64,000 nt of DNA, taken from positions 1-64,000 of the forward strand of contig MU058836.1 in NCBI GenBank assembly GCA_013265495.1, read 5' to 3'. The notes beneath the pieces are model-generated. The model made no database searches. It worked only from the letters and a program-made list of their open reading frames with translations, and was not told the origin of the DNA. Every line of letters starts with the position of its first letter. Positions within the stretch are counted from its first letter, which is position 1. This DNA comes from Vicugna vicugna. Its lineage: Eukaryota. Positions 50,119 to 63,320 of the stretch are shown here, one piece after another. The position numbers were made by a program, and so were the translations under genes.

Positions 50119-50795
50119 CTCTATAAGACAGCTGTTTCCCCTTTCATCCCCAAGCAGAATGGTGTACAAATTGTCCCCTAACTAAGAGACATATAGTAGA
50201 TGTTTTCAGGGTGAGATCAAGGTCACAAGTAGTATGAGATCTTTACATAGGACCTCAACCAGGGAAAGCCAAGGAAATCATACACCAGGTTGTTTTTCAA
50301 GTTTCAGAACAAAACCTCACCATGCTAGTCAGTTGAAGGAGGAATCCTACAGGCCTGGAAGAACTTCACAAAGATTGGAAAGAATGTATTTGGCAAGAGA
50401 GTCCCTGGCCCGAGTAGCCAATTTTAGGGAGAGGAAAGGAAATCCAGATAAAACTGCAAAAGCAGATGTCACAGTAGGTATGAGAAAAGCAACATTGTGT
50501 GAAGTAACACAAGCACCCTCAGATAAAAGTTTTTCAGAAATAAGTCTTACAGCTACCACCTTGTTTATGTCCATGCCAACACATTCAGGACAAAGATCAA
50601 CCAAGAAAGAGAAGAAATAAAGTACAAACTTGGCAAGTAAAACTTCAGAGATATCAGTGCAACTTGACGGAGTGCATATCACGGATGAAAAACGACAACT
50701 GGAAGTTAAGTGTATTTAAAAGAAATAGAAATACAGAAAAGAACAGAACAGGAGATGAAGTAGTAGAGTACGTCTGGACAGTATTGATTATTAAG
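50119..50795 (+). pseudogene. Candidate large decayed coding exon (K/E/S/T-rich), unidentified
   Basis: Acceptor tttcctcttaattttcag; ATG at 50159 in frame with the 128-aa ORF 50234-50620 across one TAA; frame continues past the 50620 stop; donor AAG|gtaatt. Confidence 0.35.
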
Positions 50796-51559
50796 GTAAT
50801 TTAGACCTGGGATGAAATAGAAGAGAAAAGGAGAGAGGAACTGATGTGATGTTGCCATGGCACCTACCCCCTGATGAGAGGGAGGAAATTGCTGCTGCTC
50901 TCCCGTAAGGCTGGCCCAGGACTTGAGAGTGTGGAGGATTCCAACATTTCTCACATCTTCTGGGAATCTCCACTTTAAAAAAAAAACCCAGAGCATTTTA
51001 TTTTCTTGCAACTTACTTTTGGACATCACCTCCCTAAAGGTCAAGGGAGTAACAGAGAAAAATAATGACATCCGACTCAGTTGGAAACAAGGAAGGAAAC
51101 GTGAATATCAAAGTGGGTAACAAATTGGGCAAAGTGACTTTTTAGGGACACCTGATATAGTCATGTCCCCTAGGCTTGAAAATGGTTTTTTGAAAATGTT
51201 TAAAAAGTAGAACTTGTTTTCTGAGAAATGGAAGAGTCAAAAATGAAATCCTGTCCAACAAATTAATATGGAAACCGGCTATAAGTCTTGTCGCAGCCTG
51301 TCCCAAATTTCTATTAAAATTCCCATGAAAATACTCACAGCGCAAAAACTCACAACAAAACAAAAATGGACAGAAAATATATTTTTAGAATCTAGAAGAA
51401 TTTGTACAACAGTTTTTGGATCTGGATTAGGAGAGGAAAAATCATGGGCCATCTCTGTCTGACCTTACAAAAAGGCAGAACGAAGGTAGGAAGATATCCG
51501 TGTCTAATTGCAGAGCTGCCTCCTGGCCCAGAGATGTGGAGATCAGATAGAAGTTAAAA

Positions 51560-51790
51560 GCTTGTACTGAGAGACAAATGGACATGACGTTGAACCCCAT
51601 GCTGTCGACTTAGTATTTGGCCAAGTCATTAACTTTTCTGAGCCTCGTTTTCATCATCTGCAAAATGGGATTCATATATTATTTTCCTTGAAGAGTAGCC
51701 ATGAAGATTAAATTAGAAGAGGTAATTCATGCAGAGCACTAAGCACAGTGCCTGGAACACACTAAACATTCAATAAATACTTATGAGTTT
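51560..51790 (+). mobile_element. MIR SINE
   Basis: caagtcattaacttttctgagcctcgttttcatcatctgcaaaatggg...agcacagtgcctgg. Confidence 0.85.
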
Positions 51791-52219
51791 TACTCCATCC
51801 TTCTAGAAGCTTGACCTCCCAGACAACAGGAAGTTTCCCAAGGTAGTGAAAAGGAAGTGGAGGAGGAAGGGCAATGACATGTAATATCTGAGGATATGGA
51901 GTCCCCTCCAACACTGTACAGAGAGGAGGAGAGAGGAACAGCAGGGCTTCTGGAGTAGCGCAGACTAGCAGAGAACCAGTGGGCACAACAGGAAAAGAAC
52001 TCCCCTCAGTAGATCTGCACCAGATAAAAACCTGCTGCACAGAGGAAATTGGGCTGGTTCTGAAGACTTGTCAGCCAAGTCAAAAGTTGTCAGATAACAA
52101 GAAGCATTCAAGAGTGTTTCTTCACTGTTTAAATTCCAGTGAGTGCTATAATTACCAGGAGAATCCCTGGTTTTGCCTCATCATATATTCATCAATTCCC
52201 CTCTCCTTTTAAAAAAAAA

Positions 52220-52404
52220 AGAGTTGTCAGATAAAACAGGGAGACAAATTATATTTGAACTTCAGATAATTTTTAAATGATTTTATCATAAGTATATCCC
52301 ATACAATATTTGGAATGTCTTAATAGTGAAAGATCTTAATTATTTATCTAAAATTCAAATTTAACTGAGCATCCTATGTTTTCGCATGCTAAATCCAGCA
52401 ACTC
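52220..52404. mobile_element. MER53-like palindromic hAT MITE
   Basis: Inverted ends agagttgtcaga / tccagcaactct; internal arms atttgaacttcagataa / ttatctaaaattcaaat. Confidence 0.8.
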
Positions 52405-53062
52405 TAATTTACCCTCTGGCTGCAGTTACATGAAAGAGGCTTGACTTGCACCAAGATGGAGAGTAAATGAAGCCACAGGAAATGCACACACCCTGAGTCT
52501 GAGCCTCTCCACCTCTTAAAAAATGAATAAATAGAAAATATAACAACAACAACAATAGAGAGCCAATCAAGAATTTAGCAGAAGGAGAGAAGAAAGTAAC
52601 TCAAGATTCATGCAGTAGAATTTTGGAAAATATTAACTGGAAAAAGCAGGAAATTGTTTCGTATCCCCAGATGGCTTGCATTTTTTGAGAAGGAACAGAA
52701 ACTTTTAAAGGAGAGAAGTTTACCAAAAAAGTTTAAAAAGTGAAATACAATAATCTTAATAGAAAAAGTAGTTGAGGCAGAATTCTGAAGAAAGTAAAAT
52801 GTGAAGAACAAAATGAAAACAGTCAGTTTTGAAGGCAGTAAGGAGCAGAAGTGATGCTGCAGTAAAGCAAATCATGAAATGGGGTTGAGACTGGAGAATT
52901 ATCTCCATCCTCAGAGGAAGAGCAAGGAGGTGGAATTAGGAAAAGAAAAAGACAGGTATAAGACATGGGGAATGGAGACCAGAACCCCAACATGTGAAAT
53001 CAGAACAATTACAGTGCAAGCAAAAGCAAACACTCAAGTAAGGAAAACATTCTCGACTCCAG

Positions 53063-56000
53063 ATCAAGATGGTGACACAGGAAGCTCCTGAATTTCCCTC
53101 CTCCCATGGATGAACCAAATATACAGCCACACGTGGAGTAATTCCCTTTGAAAGATATCCAGGAACTAGAGGAATGACTCCACCCATCAGACAACTGAGA
53201 ACATACCCTAATAAAAACAGGTAGGAAAGGCTGAGACACCTTCTCATCATAAACCCCACCCCTAACACAGTGCCGTGTAATTGGGAGGGAATAACCAACA
53301 CTCAACTTCTCCCTGAGAAGTGACAAGCTTGAACCACACATTTAGTGCACAGCTTTTAAGACTGCCACACAAGGGACGGGTCCCCAAATAAACTAGCTCT
53401 GAAAGCCAATGGAGCTTATGAGTCTGACAGGACCATAGCAAATAATAAGTTGTTATTGGGCACACAGGCACTCACTGAGGCTCCCGCCAAGAGCTCAGTG
53501 CAGAGGGAGCAGGCAAAACTGCCTGTCTCCTCGTCTTTCCCTGGAAGGGGCTTGACTGCATACTTTGCAAGCCGCTTCTTGAGGATCTGGCTTCTAATTA
53601 GCATGCACCTAGGTGCTTTCTACGATCCTCCTTGGAGCCTGTAAGAGTTGGTTGGCACCTTCCCTGCGTTCTCCCTCTGGTTTATTCTGACAACAAAACC
53701 AAGTTATCAGTATGTCCTTGGGAAAAGCTGTCCAAATATCTAGCACCCTAAATTTTATGGCTAACACCCAAGGGAAAGGCTCCCAAATCAAAGGATAGCC
53801 AATGAGGCTTGCATTCTGGAATCCCACAGGCCTAGAGCAAACAAAGAAGCAGGTTTTAAACAGGTGCAGGAATATTCTCCACCCCAATGGGTATGCATGC
53901 ATGCCTGGTGCAGAGGGAGCGAGCAAAAATGCCCATCTCCCAGTTTCTTCCTGGAAGGGTTTTGACTGCATACTCACCTAACTGCAGCTTGAGGGTCTGG
54001 CTTCTAATCATCCTGCAACTAGGTACTGACTGCAATCCTCCTATTTTAGACAACGATGGATTTTGACACACCCTCAACTACTGGGAGCCGCTAAGAACAA
54101 ATACAGCAGCTTGGACCATCACAAAGGTTTGAGAAAACATCAAGAACTTGGTTCAGGCTGATTAATAAGGTTGATCTCCTATACAAGAACAGTCTGTCAA
54201 AACTGGGAGAGGTGGCTGTTTTATCTAGTGCATGAAAACCAGCACAGAGAGTTAAGGAAAATAAGGAAACAGGGGACTGTGTTCAAAACAAAAGAACAAA
54301 ATAAATCTCCAGAAACTGATCTTACTTAATAAAATGAGATAAGTAATTTACCCAATAAAGAGTTCAAAATAACAGTCATAAAGATGCTTCTCTAGGTCAG
54401 GAGAGCAATGCATGAACAAAGAGAGAACTTTAACAAAAGAGATAGAAAATATAAAATAGTATCAAAGAGAAATCATATAACTGAAGAATACAGTAACTAA
54501 AGTAGAAATTTTAATAGAGGAATACAACAGCCAATTAGCTCAAGTGGAAGAAAGAATCAGCAAACTTGAAGACAGAGCAATTAAAGGAACAACAAAAGAA
54601 TGAAAAATGTATAAAGACAGCATAAGGGACTTATGGAACATCATCAGCTGGACCAAATGTGCATTATAAGGGTCCCAGAAGGAAAAGAGAGAGAGAAAGG
54701 GCCAGAAAGCTTATTCAAAGAAATTATGGCTAAAAATTTCACTAACCTGAGGAGAGAAAAAGACATCCATATTCAGGAAGCCCAAAAAGTACTACATAAA
54801 ATGAATCAAAGAGACCCACACTGAGACACATTAGGATGCACAATGTACAAAGATATAAATTGTGACATGAAAAACATAAAAAAGCCTTATGGACTCACAA
54901 CACAAATCCTATAGTAGATAGAAGAAAACAAAATACCATTAGAGAAAATCATGAAATCACAGAGGAGGAGGGCCAAAGAAGAAGGAAAAAAGAAACTGCA
55001 AAATAGTCAGGAAACAGTTAAGAAAATGGCAATAGTTAAGTCCATACCTGCCAAAAATTACTTTAAAAAGAAATGGACTTCATTCTCCAATCAAAAGACA
55101 GAGTGGCTGAAAGGATTTTTTTTTTTTTAATAAATGCTGCCTCCTAGAGACTGACTTCAGCTTTAAGGACACATACAGATTGAAAGTAAAGGGCTGGAGA
55201 AAGATATTCCATGCAAATGGAGACCATAACAAAGCAGAGGTAACTATGTTTATAGCAGACAAAGTAAACTTTAAGCCAAAAACTGTTGTAAGAAACAAAG
55301 AAGGTTATTATGTCATGATAAAGGGGTCAATTCATCAGAAGAATATAACAGTTACAAGTATTTATGCACCCAACATCGGAGCACCTAAATATATAAAGCA
55401 AATATTAACAGATCTAAAGGGAGAAATAGACAACAATGCAATGATAGTAAAGGACTTCAGTTCCCACTTTTATCAATGGATAGATTACCAACAAGAAAAC
55501 ATTGGACTTACACGACATGTTAGACCAGATGTACCTGACAGACATGTCCAGAAAATTCCATGCAACAGCATGGAAGAACACATTCTTCTCAAGCACATAT
55601 GGAACATTCTCCAAGACAGCTTATATGTTAGGCCACAAATCTTAATAAATTTAAGAAGATTGAAATCATATCTTATATCCTTTCTGAACATGATAGTATA
55701 GAACTAGATATCAATTACAAGAAAAAAACATCAAAATTCACAAATATATTGAGACTAAACAACATGCCCTCACAACCAATGAATAAAAGAAATCAAAAGG
55801 GAAATCAAAAAATATCCTGAGATAAATGAAAATGGAGACACCCCATACCAGAAAAAGTAGGCAAGAAATAGAAACGAGGCATACAAATCAGAATGGAAGA
55901 AGTAACAATTTCTCTGTTTGTAGTTGACATGTTATGTGTTGAAAATCCTAAAGACTCCACCAAAAGACTATTAGAATTAATTTAAAAGTTCAGTAAAGTT

Positions 56001-57430
56001 GCAAAATATAAAATCAACATATGAAAGTCAGTTGTGTTTCTAAACACTAATGAACTGTCAGAAAGACAAATTAAGAAACAATCCCAGTTACAATTGCATT
56101 GGAAAGAATTTAAACAAGGATGTGAAAGATCAGTACCCTAAAAACTATAAAATATTGATGACAGACACTGAAGAAGACACGAGCAAATGAATAGATATTC
56201 CATGTTCATGGATAGGAAGAATTACTGTTATTAAAATGTCCATACTACCTAAAGCAATTTATATGTTCAGTGCAATACTTGTCAAAATTCCGATGTCATT
56301 TTTCACAGAAACAAAAACCTAAACTTTATTTAAACAATATAGCCAAAGCAATCTTTAAAAAGAAGAAAAGGCTAGAAGCATCACATTTCCTGATTTCAAA
56401 TTATATATTACAAGGCTATAGGAATAAAAGCAATATGCCATTGGCATAAATATAGACACATACATCAATGAAACAGAATAGAGACTCTAGAAATAAGCCC
56501 ATGCATATATGGTTGTTTAATTTTGGCAGAGGAGCCAATAATGTGCAATGAGGAAAGGAGAGTCTCTTCAATAAATGGTAATGGGAAAACTGGATATCCA
56601 CCTGCGAAAAAGAATGAAATTGGACTGTATATCTTATATTATACACAAAAATCAACTCAAAATGGATAAAAGATTTGAACTTAAGACTTGAAACTATAAA
56701 ACTAAGGGAAAAAACATAGGGAAAAAGATCCCTAACATTGGTCTTGGTAATAATTTTTTGGATTTGACACCAAAAGTTAAAGCAAAAATAAACAAGTGTG
56801 ACTACATCAAAAAGCTTCTACACTCAAAGGAAACCATCACCAAAATGAAAAAGCAACCTATGGAATGGGTGAAAATAATTATGAACTACATACCTGATAA
56901 AGGGTATGTATAAATATATAAGGAACTGTTCCAACTCAAAAGCCAAAACCAAATAACCCAACTGTAAAATGGGCAAAGGACCTGAACAAACACTTCTTTC
57001 CAAAGAAGATATTCAGATGACTAAGAGGTACATGAGAAGGTGCTCAACATCACTAATCATCAGGGAAATGGAAATCAGAACCACAATGAGACACCACTTT
57101 GCACCAGTTACGATGCCTATTATCAGAAAGACAAGACCTAACAATGGTAGTGAGGGTGTAGAGAAAAGGGAGCCCTTGTGCACTGTTGGTGGGAGTGCAA
57201 ACTGGTAGAGCCACTGTGGAAAACAGCATGAAGATTCCTCAAGAAATTAAAAATAGGACTAATATATTATTCAGCAGTCCAGCTTTTGGTTATTCAAAGG
57301 AAACGAAATCATTATTTCAGAGAAATATCTGTACTCCCATGTTAATTGCAGCAAGATTCAATCACCCCACTGAACAATTTAAATATATTACAATTGTATT
57401 TGTCAATTATACCTCAGTAAAGCTTTAAAA
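53063..57430 (+). mobile_element. L1 with 5' UTR, partial ORF1, ORF2 endonuclease and 3' end; internally deleted
   Basis: 5' UTR start caagatggtgac...; ORF1 peptide IIRVPEGKEREKG..LFKEIMAKNF; endonuclease peptide KVKGWRKIFHAN...IYAPNIGAPKYIKQIL; C-terminal ORF2 remnants. Confidence 0.92.
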
Positions 57431-57864
57431 ATGTAATACACAGGCACATAATAAGATACCAATGATAGAAAAAAATAATTCATACCTGTGCTGGAATATA
57501 GGGAATTTTCAGTGTCTTATTATGTATTGTTTAATTTATTTCTCATTTATTTCTCACAGTGTGAATTTATAAAACCACATTAAGCTGAACTTTTGGTATT
57601 ATTAATGGCAATAGAATTAGTCAAAAATTTTATTGCTGTACTTTTTCAGTTCAGCAATTCAAAATACCTAATAAAAAGTCAATAGACATTTTCCAAAAAA
57701 AGAAGAAAGTCTGAAGAAGGGGAGGAAAATGAGGAAGGGGAGGAGGAGGGAGGGGGAGGAAACCCTAAGTTAAAAAAGCAGAAAGAGAGACAGAGAAAGA
57801 TAGTGGTCTAAGAGTTACTTGCAGAGCACTCACGATGGGCTAGATGCCTTCTAGATGTTTCACC

Positions 57865-58150
57865 TGTATTAACTTTCTTTTTGTACTTGAAACAACAGAA
57901 GTTTATTGTCTCACATGGAGGCTAGAAGTTCAAAATCAAGGTGCATGATGCCTCTGAAGGCTGGAGGGGAGGATCCCTCCTGGCTTCCTCCCGGCTTCTG
58001 GGGGCAGCTGGCCATCCTTGTGCTCCCTGGCCTGCAGACTCATCACTCCAGTCTCTGCCTCTGTCTCCCCACGGCCCTCTCCCCGGTCTGCCCCTCTGTC
58101 TGGGCCTCTTGTCCTCTTCTCTTAAAGACACCATTTTGGACTTAGGGGCC
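57865..58150 (-). mobile_element. MaLR LTR (MLT1B/C-like) inserted into a MIR
   Basis: aaacaacagaagtttattgtctcac...ggaggctagaagttcaaaatcaaggtg; MIR halves at about 57810-57865 and 58155-58350. Confidence 0.75.
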
Positions 58151-58379
58151 AATCAACCCTCACAACTACCCTATGAAATAGGTATTACACCAGCCCCGTT
58201 TTACAAACAGGGAAACTGAAACCGAAGGTTTTAATTTGGAGCTTTCTTTGCAAAATTTTGTTCACAGCCATAGGCCTAATGAAGGACAAAGCTGGGACTT
58301 GAACCCAGCCAGCCTGCTTCTACGGAGAATGCTCTTAATTCCAAAGCCACATGGTATCTATCCAGAGAAAGCACCTCCC

Positions 58380-58800
58380 TCAAATTTGCATATGCATCTT
58401 TTTATTCTTTACTTGATTCCACTGAGGCAACATCAATGTGGGTGTCGGGGCACACCCACAAAATTTCCTGAAAATACGTGAGTAGACAAGTATTTGAACA
58501 GACCAAAAAATGATCTTATAAGCATTTAAGCTGAAAACAAAACAGAACAACAGAAGTTACTTCCAGAGGAACAACAATCAGGCTGAGACCGCTCCTCTGT
58601 AATGCTAAATGCCAAACGACAATCAAATCGTCCTAGAGTTTTGAGGAAAGCTAGTTATAGGCCAAGAATTTTCTAATCAGCCAGGTTGTTGCTCTTCTGT
58701 GAAGTTAACAGCACTGACATTCCATGAAGGAGCAGGTTCAGGAAATATGGCACCACACATCCTTCTTGAAAGAATTAGTGGAAGACACATGCCTATATTA
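58380..58800 (+). mobile_element. Ancient L1/HAL1 ORF1-like fragment
   Basis: acaatcaggctg...atgctaaatgccaaacgacaat...ccaagaattttctaatcagcca resembles the ORF1 C-terminal region. Confidence 0.5.
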
Positions 58801-59799
58801 AATGATTAATCAAAGTTAAATGTTTGAGCAGGGGAATCTGTGACAAAAAGAGGCTGATGATGAATAGGAAAGCAGGTAAATTATGGTCTCGAAGTTCAAC
58901 CTAAAATGATGGTTGAAAATACTATTTCGAAACAGAATGCAAATGCCAATTAAAATTCTTGACGTGGAAGATACATGATACACAAAAGAATAATTTAATA
59001 AACTCAGTCTGGTGTGCCAAACCCAAAATTGTATTTTAAGACTGAGAAGTGTTAAGTGGGGAAAAAAAAAAAACTCACTTGATTCCTCATCTAAACGTTT
59101 TGGTTGTGGATGAAATCAGAATGTCTAGTTTCTTTTCTAACTTGGAGATTTAAAGAGACAGGAGTTGATGAATGCTGATCAAATTCCTATAAACCTCATC
59201 TCACACCAAGATCCTGAGAGCTCTCTCAGCTCCAGCTCTAGTGTAATTTTTTTAAAGCGTTGCAGTTGGGCGGTTTTTAGCATTCTTAAAGGCTTCCTTC
59301 TACCACTGATCCTTTTCATCTACTATTCCCTCTGGATGGAACGTTTCCACCTTGATTACCACCTTCCTTTTGCCGAATTAAGTCCTACTTATTCTCCATG
59401 GTTTAGGTCATATTTAATTCCTTGTGGAATTTTCCAAGACCTACATGACTAAGTCAGCTCCCTTTGTCACAGCCTCGCGTAAGAACTGCATTCCTTTCTT
59501 TTGGAGGGCTTATCAGTGTATAATCATGATTTGTAATATTATTGTTTGCATCTATTAATTAATGCAATCCTTTTGTTCTATTATATATTATATCTATTTT
59601 CCCCACTAATCTGCTGCCTCGCCCCATTAGGGACTAGAGTTGTGGGTTTTTTCCTTTTTTGTGCCTAAAGCCTGGAAAAGTGCCTGCCACACAGGAGGAA
59701 GTTCATGTTTGTTGAGTAAATTAATAGAAAATATAAAACAAATAAAGCACAGTCCGAACAGTAGAAGACAAAAAGTAAATCTCAAAGAAACATAAAAAA

Positions 59800-61400
59800 A
59801 AGCACAAATGCAGGTGACTGAAGAACGAGTGTATATTTCAGTCATGACCTGGATTTACAGGTTAACCTGCCTCATTTAAGTCAAATATTCCTAACGTAAG
59901 CCTACACAATGTTAAGGGACAACTTAGAAGGTATATGAATAGGAATAAAATCACTGGGTGGTGAAGACATAGCAAGAAAAAAAAGTATATATAAAGCAGA
60001 GCCAGTGATAATTTCAGACAACATAGAATTCAAGTTTTCTTACAGAATCTTATGTAAGAAAGAAGATAAATGGAACAACTTCATTGTTTCAGGATACTTC
60101 AATGCATCTCTCTCAGACATCGATCTATCATGGAGGAAAAAAGATGATGATAATTTAAATAAACTATTAAGGTTAATTATGCATATATATCCATGTAGTT
60201 AGTTATGCACTTCATAAACACATCAAGGTTGTGCCTACCAAGAGAAAATCCACTTGCTTTGAATGCCTAATGGAATAATAAGAAAATATAATTATTAACC
60301 TAGGCTATTGACACACGTATAAAAATGAACATTCCAATAGCCAGATGCTCCAGAGGCCACATGTTTTGTCCATAATGCCAACTAACTAGAAATGTTTTTC
60401 CATCTATAAATTTTAAAAATTCCTCAAGATTGAAAATTTAAGTAACATTGCTCTAAATTTCTATGAGGACAAAGATAAACTTGACAAACTATGAACTATT
60501 TTTAAATGTCTTAAATGAGAATGTCCAAATAAAACAACTTAAGAAGCTGTTCTCAAAAAGAAATGTAAAGTACTAAATGCTTTCTTTCATAAATAATATA
60601 GATCTAATACCAAGAAGAACTAAAGGGAATAAGTGACAATAAAAGCAGAAAACATTGATTTTATAAAATATTTTAGATGATATATAAATCAAAGCCCTAT
60701 TTTTAGGAAAACATTTAAATGAAGAAGTCTTTGAAAATCTAATCAGTGAATAGAGAAAAAAAATTAATATTACAAACAGGAAAAGCCTGATATAAATCTC
60801 CATGATGGAGGTTTTGGTTTAAAAAAAATTTATGAACACATTCTACTCTAATAAAATTCAAAATTCTCAGTGAAATGGGAGAATCTGAAGGAAAGAAACA
60901 AAACTGGTTAAAGAAAAAGAAAAGTAGATTAAGCAATAACCAAAGTAGAGATTAAAATTTTTACAAAAGAACAAAATTATCTCAACAACTAAAAAGTTCT
61001 TTGATTCTTTCAAAGATGACAGTTCTCATTTGATATAAATTATTCTAGAAAGAAGAATAAATTTAAGAATAAAGAGATAGCAGGGGTGGGAAGGGACAGA
61101 CTGGGATTTCAAAATGTAGAAGAGATAAACAAGATTATACTGTATAGCACAGGGAAATATATACAAGATCTTATGGTAGCTCACAGAGAAAAAAATGTGA
61201 CAATGAATATATATATGTTCATGTATAACTGAAAAATTGTGCTGTACACTGAGTTTGACACAACTTTGTAAAATGATTATAACTCAATAAAAATGTTTAA
61301 AAAGAAAGAATAAAGAGATAATTTGCCTTCTCCAAGTACAGTTGGTTTAAAATTTGGAACACTCATTAATATGATAGCTAGCTTAAGAGTTGACTCTTTT
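59800..61400 (+). mobile_element. Ancient L1M ORF2 remnant
   Basis: A-rich, with peptide remnant IIS DNIEFK...IVSGYFNASLSDID (endonuclease GDFN-like motif). Confidence 0.6.
61080..61305 (+). mobile_element. Young short L1 3'-end insertion with perfect 15-bp TSD
   Basis: TSD aagaataaagagata at 61065-61079 and 61306-61320; TTT/AAGA endonuclease site. Confidence 0.92.
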
Positions 61401-62469
61401 ACATGAAAAAGTAAGATGAACAAAAACCTAGATCCCACCCTCTTCTAAGGTCTCATAAACCAGGATGGACATTAGCAGTGAACATAATGAGAAAAAAAAG
61501 AGGAGAGGAGGGAGAAGTGGAAGGGGCACCGTTGTTTAACTTCTAGGCGAACCTGGGAACCTGGCCATAGAAAGGAGGAGGTAACATTTCAGTGTCTACT
61601 CTGGGACAGGAACAAGCCACAGGATTTATACATATTGTCTTTAAAGTCTCCCAAAGCCACCATGAAGTAGATCCTTTCATCTCCATTTGGGCAGACGAGA
61701 AATTAAGACTCACACACTTGCTCAAAGATCACAACAGTAGTTAATCGTGGAGCTGGTTTCTGAAGATAACGCCTGCCTACCCCCAAACCTATTCAAAAGA
61801 TCACCAAGGCATCAAAGTTGGGCAAAGGACAGATTGGGAAAAGAGGTCACTAATGCAGAAACACTACTTTGAGAGGCAAAAGACAGAATAACTCTGGAGA
61901 GACATATTCACAGGAATATCATTCTTTGCATGTGGGCATCTTTTGAAGTTTCACACTCTCCCTCCCAAGGCTAAGTCTGCTGCCTGTAAGTCTGTCGAGT
62001 GGTTTTGTTTAAATAGCTAATGCCTGGTACCCAACTGTCTCCCTGTGATAGCACTAAGTCAGTGCCAGTAATGAAAGATAAAGGTTTCAGTTCTGGGTTC
62101 TTATAAAAGCTGTGCATGGCCTACTTTCTCCAGACCCCCATGCCAAGAATGAGTCTCCACTGTGCGTGTTCTGAGTCTCAGTGAGATGACAGAGCTTTTT
62201 AAGTGGTACCCAAGCTTGAGAAAGCTAACAATCCTACATTCTAAGCCCCTGACTCCAGACTCTGCAGGGAAGGATAGTAGGAGCCTCAAGGATTCATCCA
62301 CAATGTTGGAAATGGCTAGAAAAAAAATGCCACAGCATTATACAAGCTGCATATTTGTAAGTATCATAGCTATGATTTATTGAACATGTTCAGTGATTTA
62401 AGATTGTTCTAAGCACCTCATGTTCTTTAGGTGAATCCTTAATAGCACCATATGCGGTAGGTATGTGAG

Positions 62470-63320
62470 TCATTAGGACGGTTCATAAATAATCCAGTTC
62501 TTTCCTTCCAGCCATGTGGTAGGATTGCCATTTCTTACCCTCTTTGAAGTTTTGGCTCAGCCTTGTGACTTTTTGGCCAATATACTGTAAGATGAATTGA
62601 CAAGCATCACTCCCCAAGACAGAGGCTTTATGAAGCAAATCACATTCTTTTTTCCTGTCTCACCGATTATGATAACATCTATCAAGATGGAATCTCCATC
62701 AGACTGGATCCTCAAGTGACTAAGTCTCCCATGCTTTCAGTGGCCATATAGTGAGGGTAAAAATTAAACTTTTGCTGTTTAAAACCTGTGGCAGATTGTT
62801 CTTAAGATGGCAACATCAAATATTCCATAACCCATGCTCTTCTTACATTGAGACATTGATTCTCTTCCAGTGAGAGGTAGGGTCTATGCTCCCCTGAATC
62901 TGGGTCAGCCTGTGAACATGGCAGAAGTGATACTATGTAAGTCCTGAGTGTCATGAATTGCAGTTCAACTTTTGTCTGTTCCTCTTGAGATACTCGCCCA
63001 CAGAATACAGGCTCCATGCTGTGAGGAAACTAAGCAGACACACGGGAAGGGCACGTTCCCAGCTGAGATCCCAACCAACAGCCAGCCTGAACCACCAGAC
63101 ACGTGAGTGCATAAGCCTTCATATGGTCTAGTCCCCAGTTTTCCAGCCACCCTCGCTAATGCCAACTGGAGAAGAGATAAGCTCTGCCCGAAGTACAGAT
63201 TTGTGAGCAAAATAAATGTAGTTGTTTTGAGCCACTAAGGTTTTTTATCGTGTTTTGGTTTTTTTGATGGGGGCTGGGGGACGGTGGTGCATCACAAGGC
63301 AGTAGACAATTGGAACAACT
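62470..63320 (+). mobile_element. Adjacent or nested MaLR LTRs (MLT1 G-J-like)
   Basis: tgtggcagattg...atggcagaagtga...ccatgctgtgaggaa...ttttgagccactaag...gacaattggaaCA. Confidence 0.75.
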
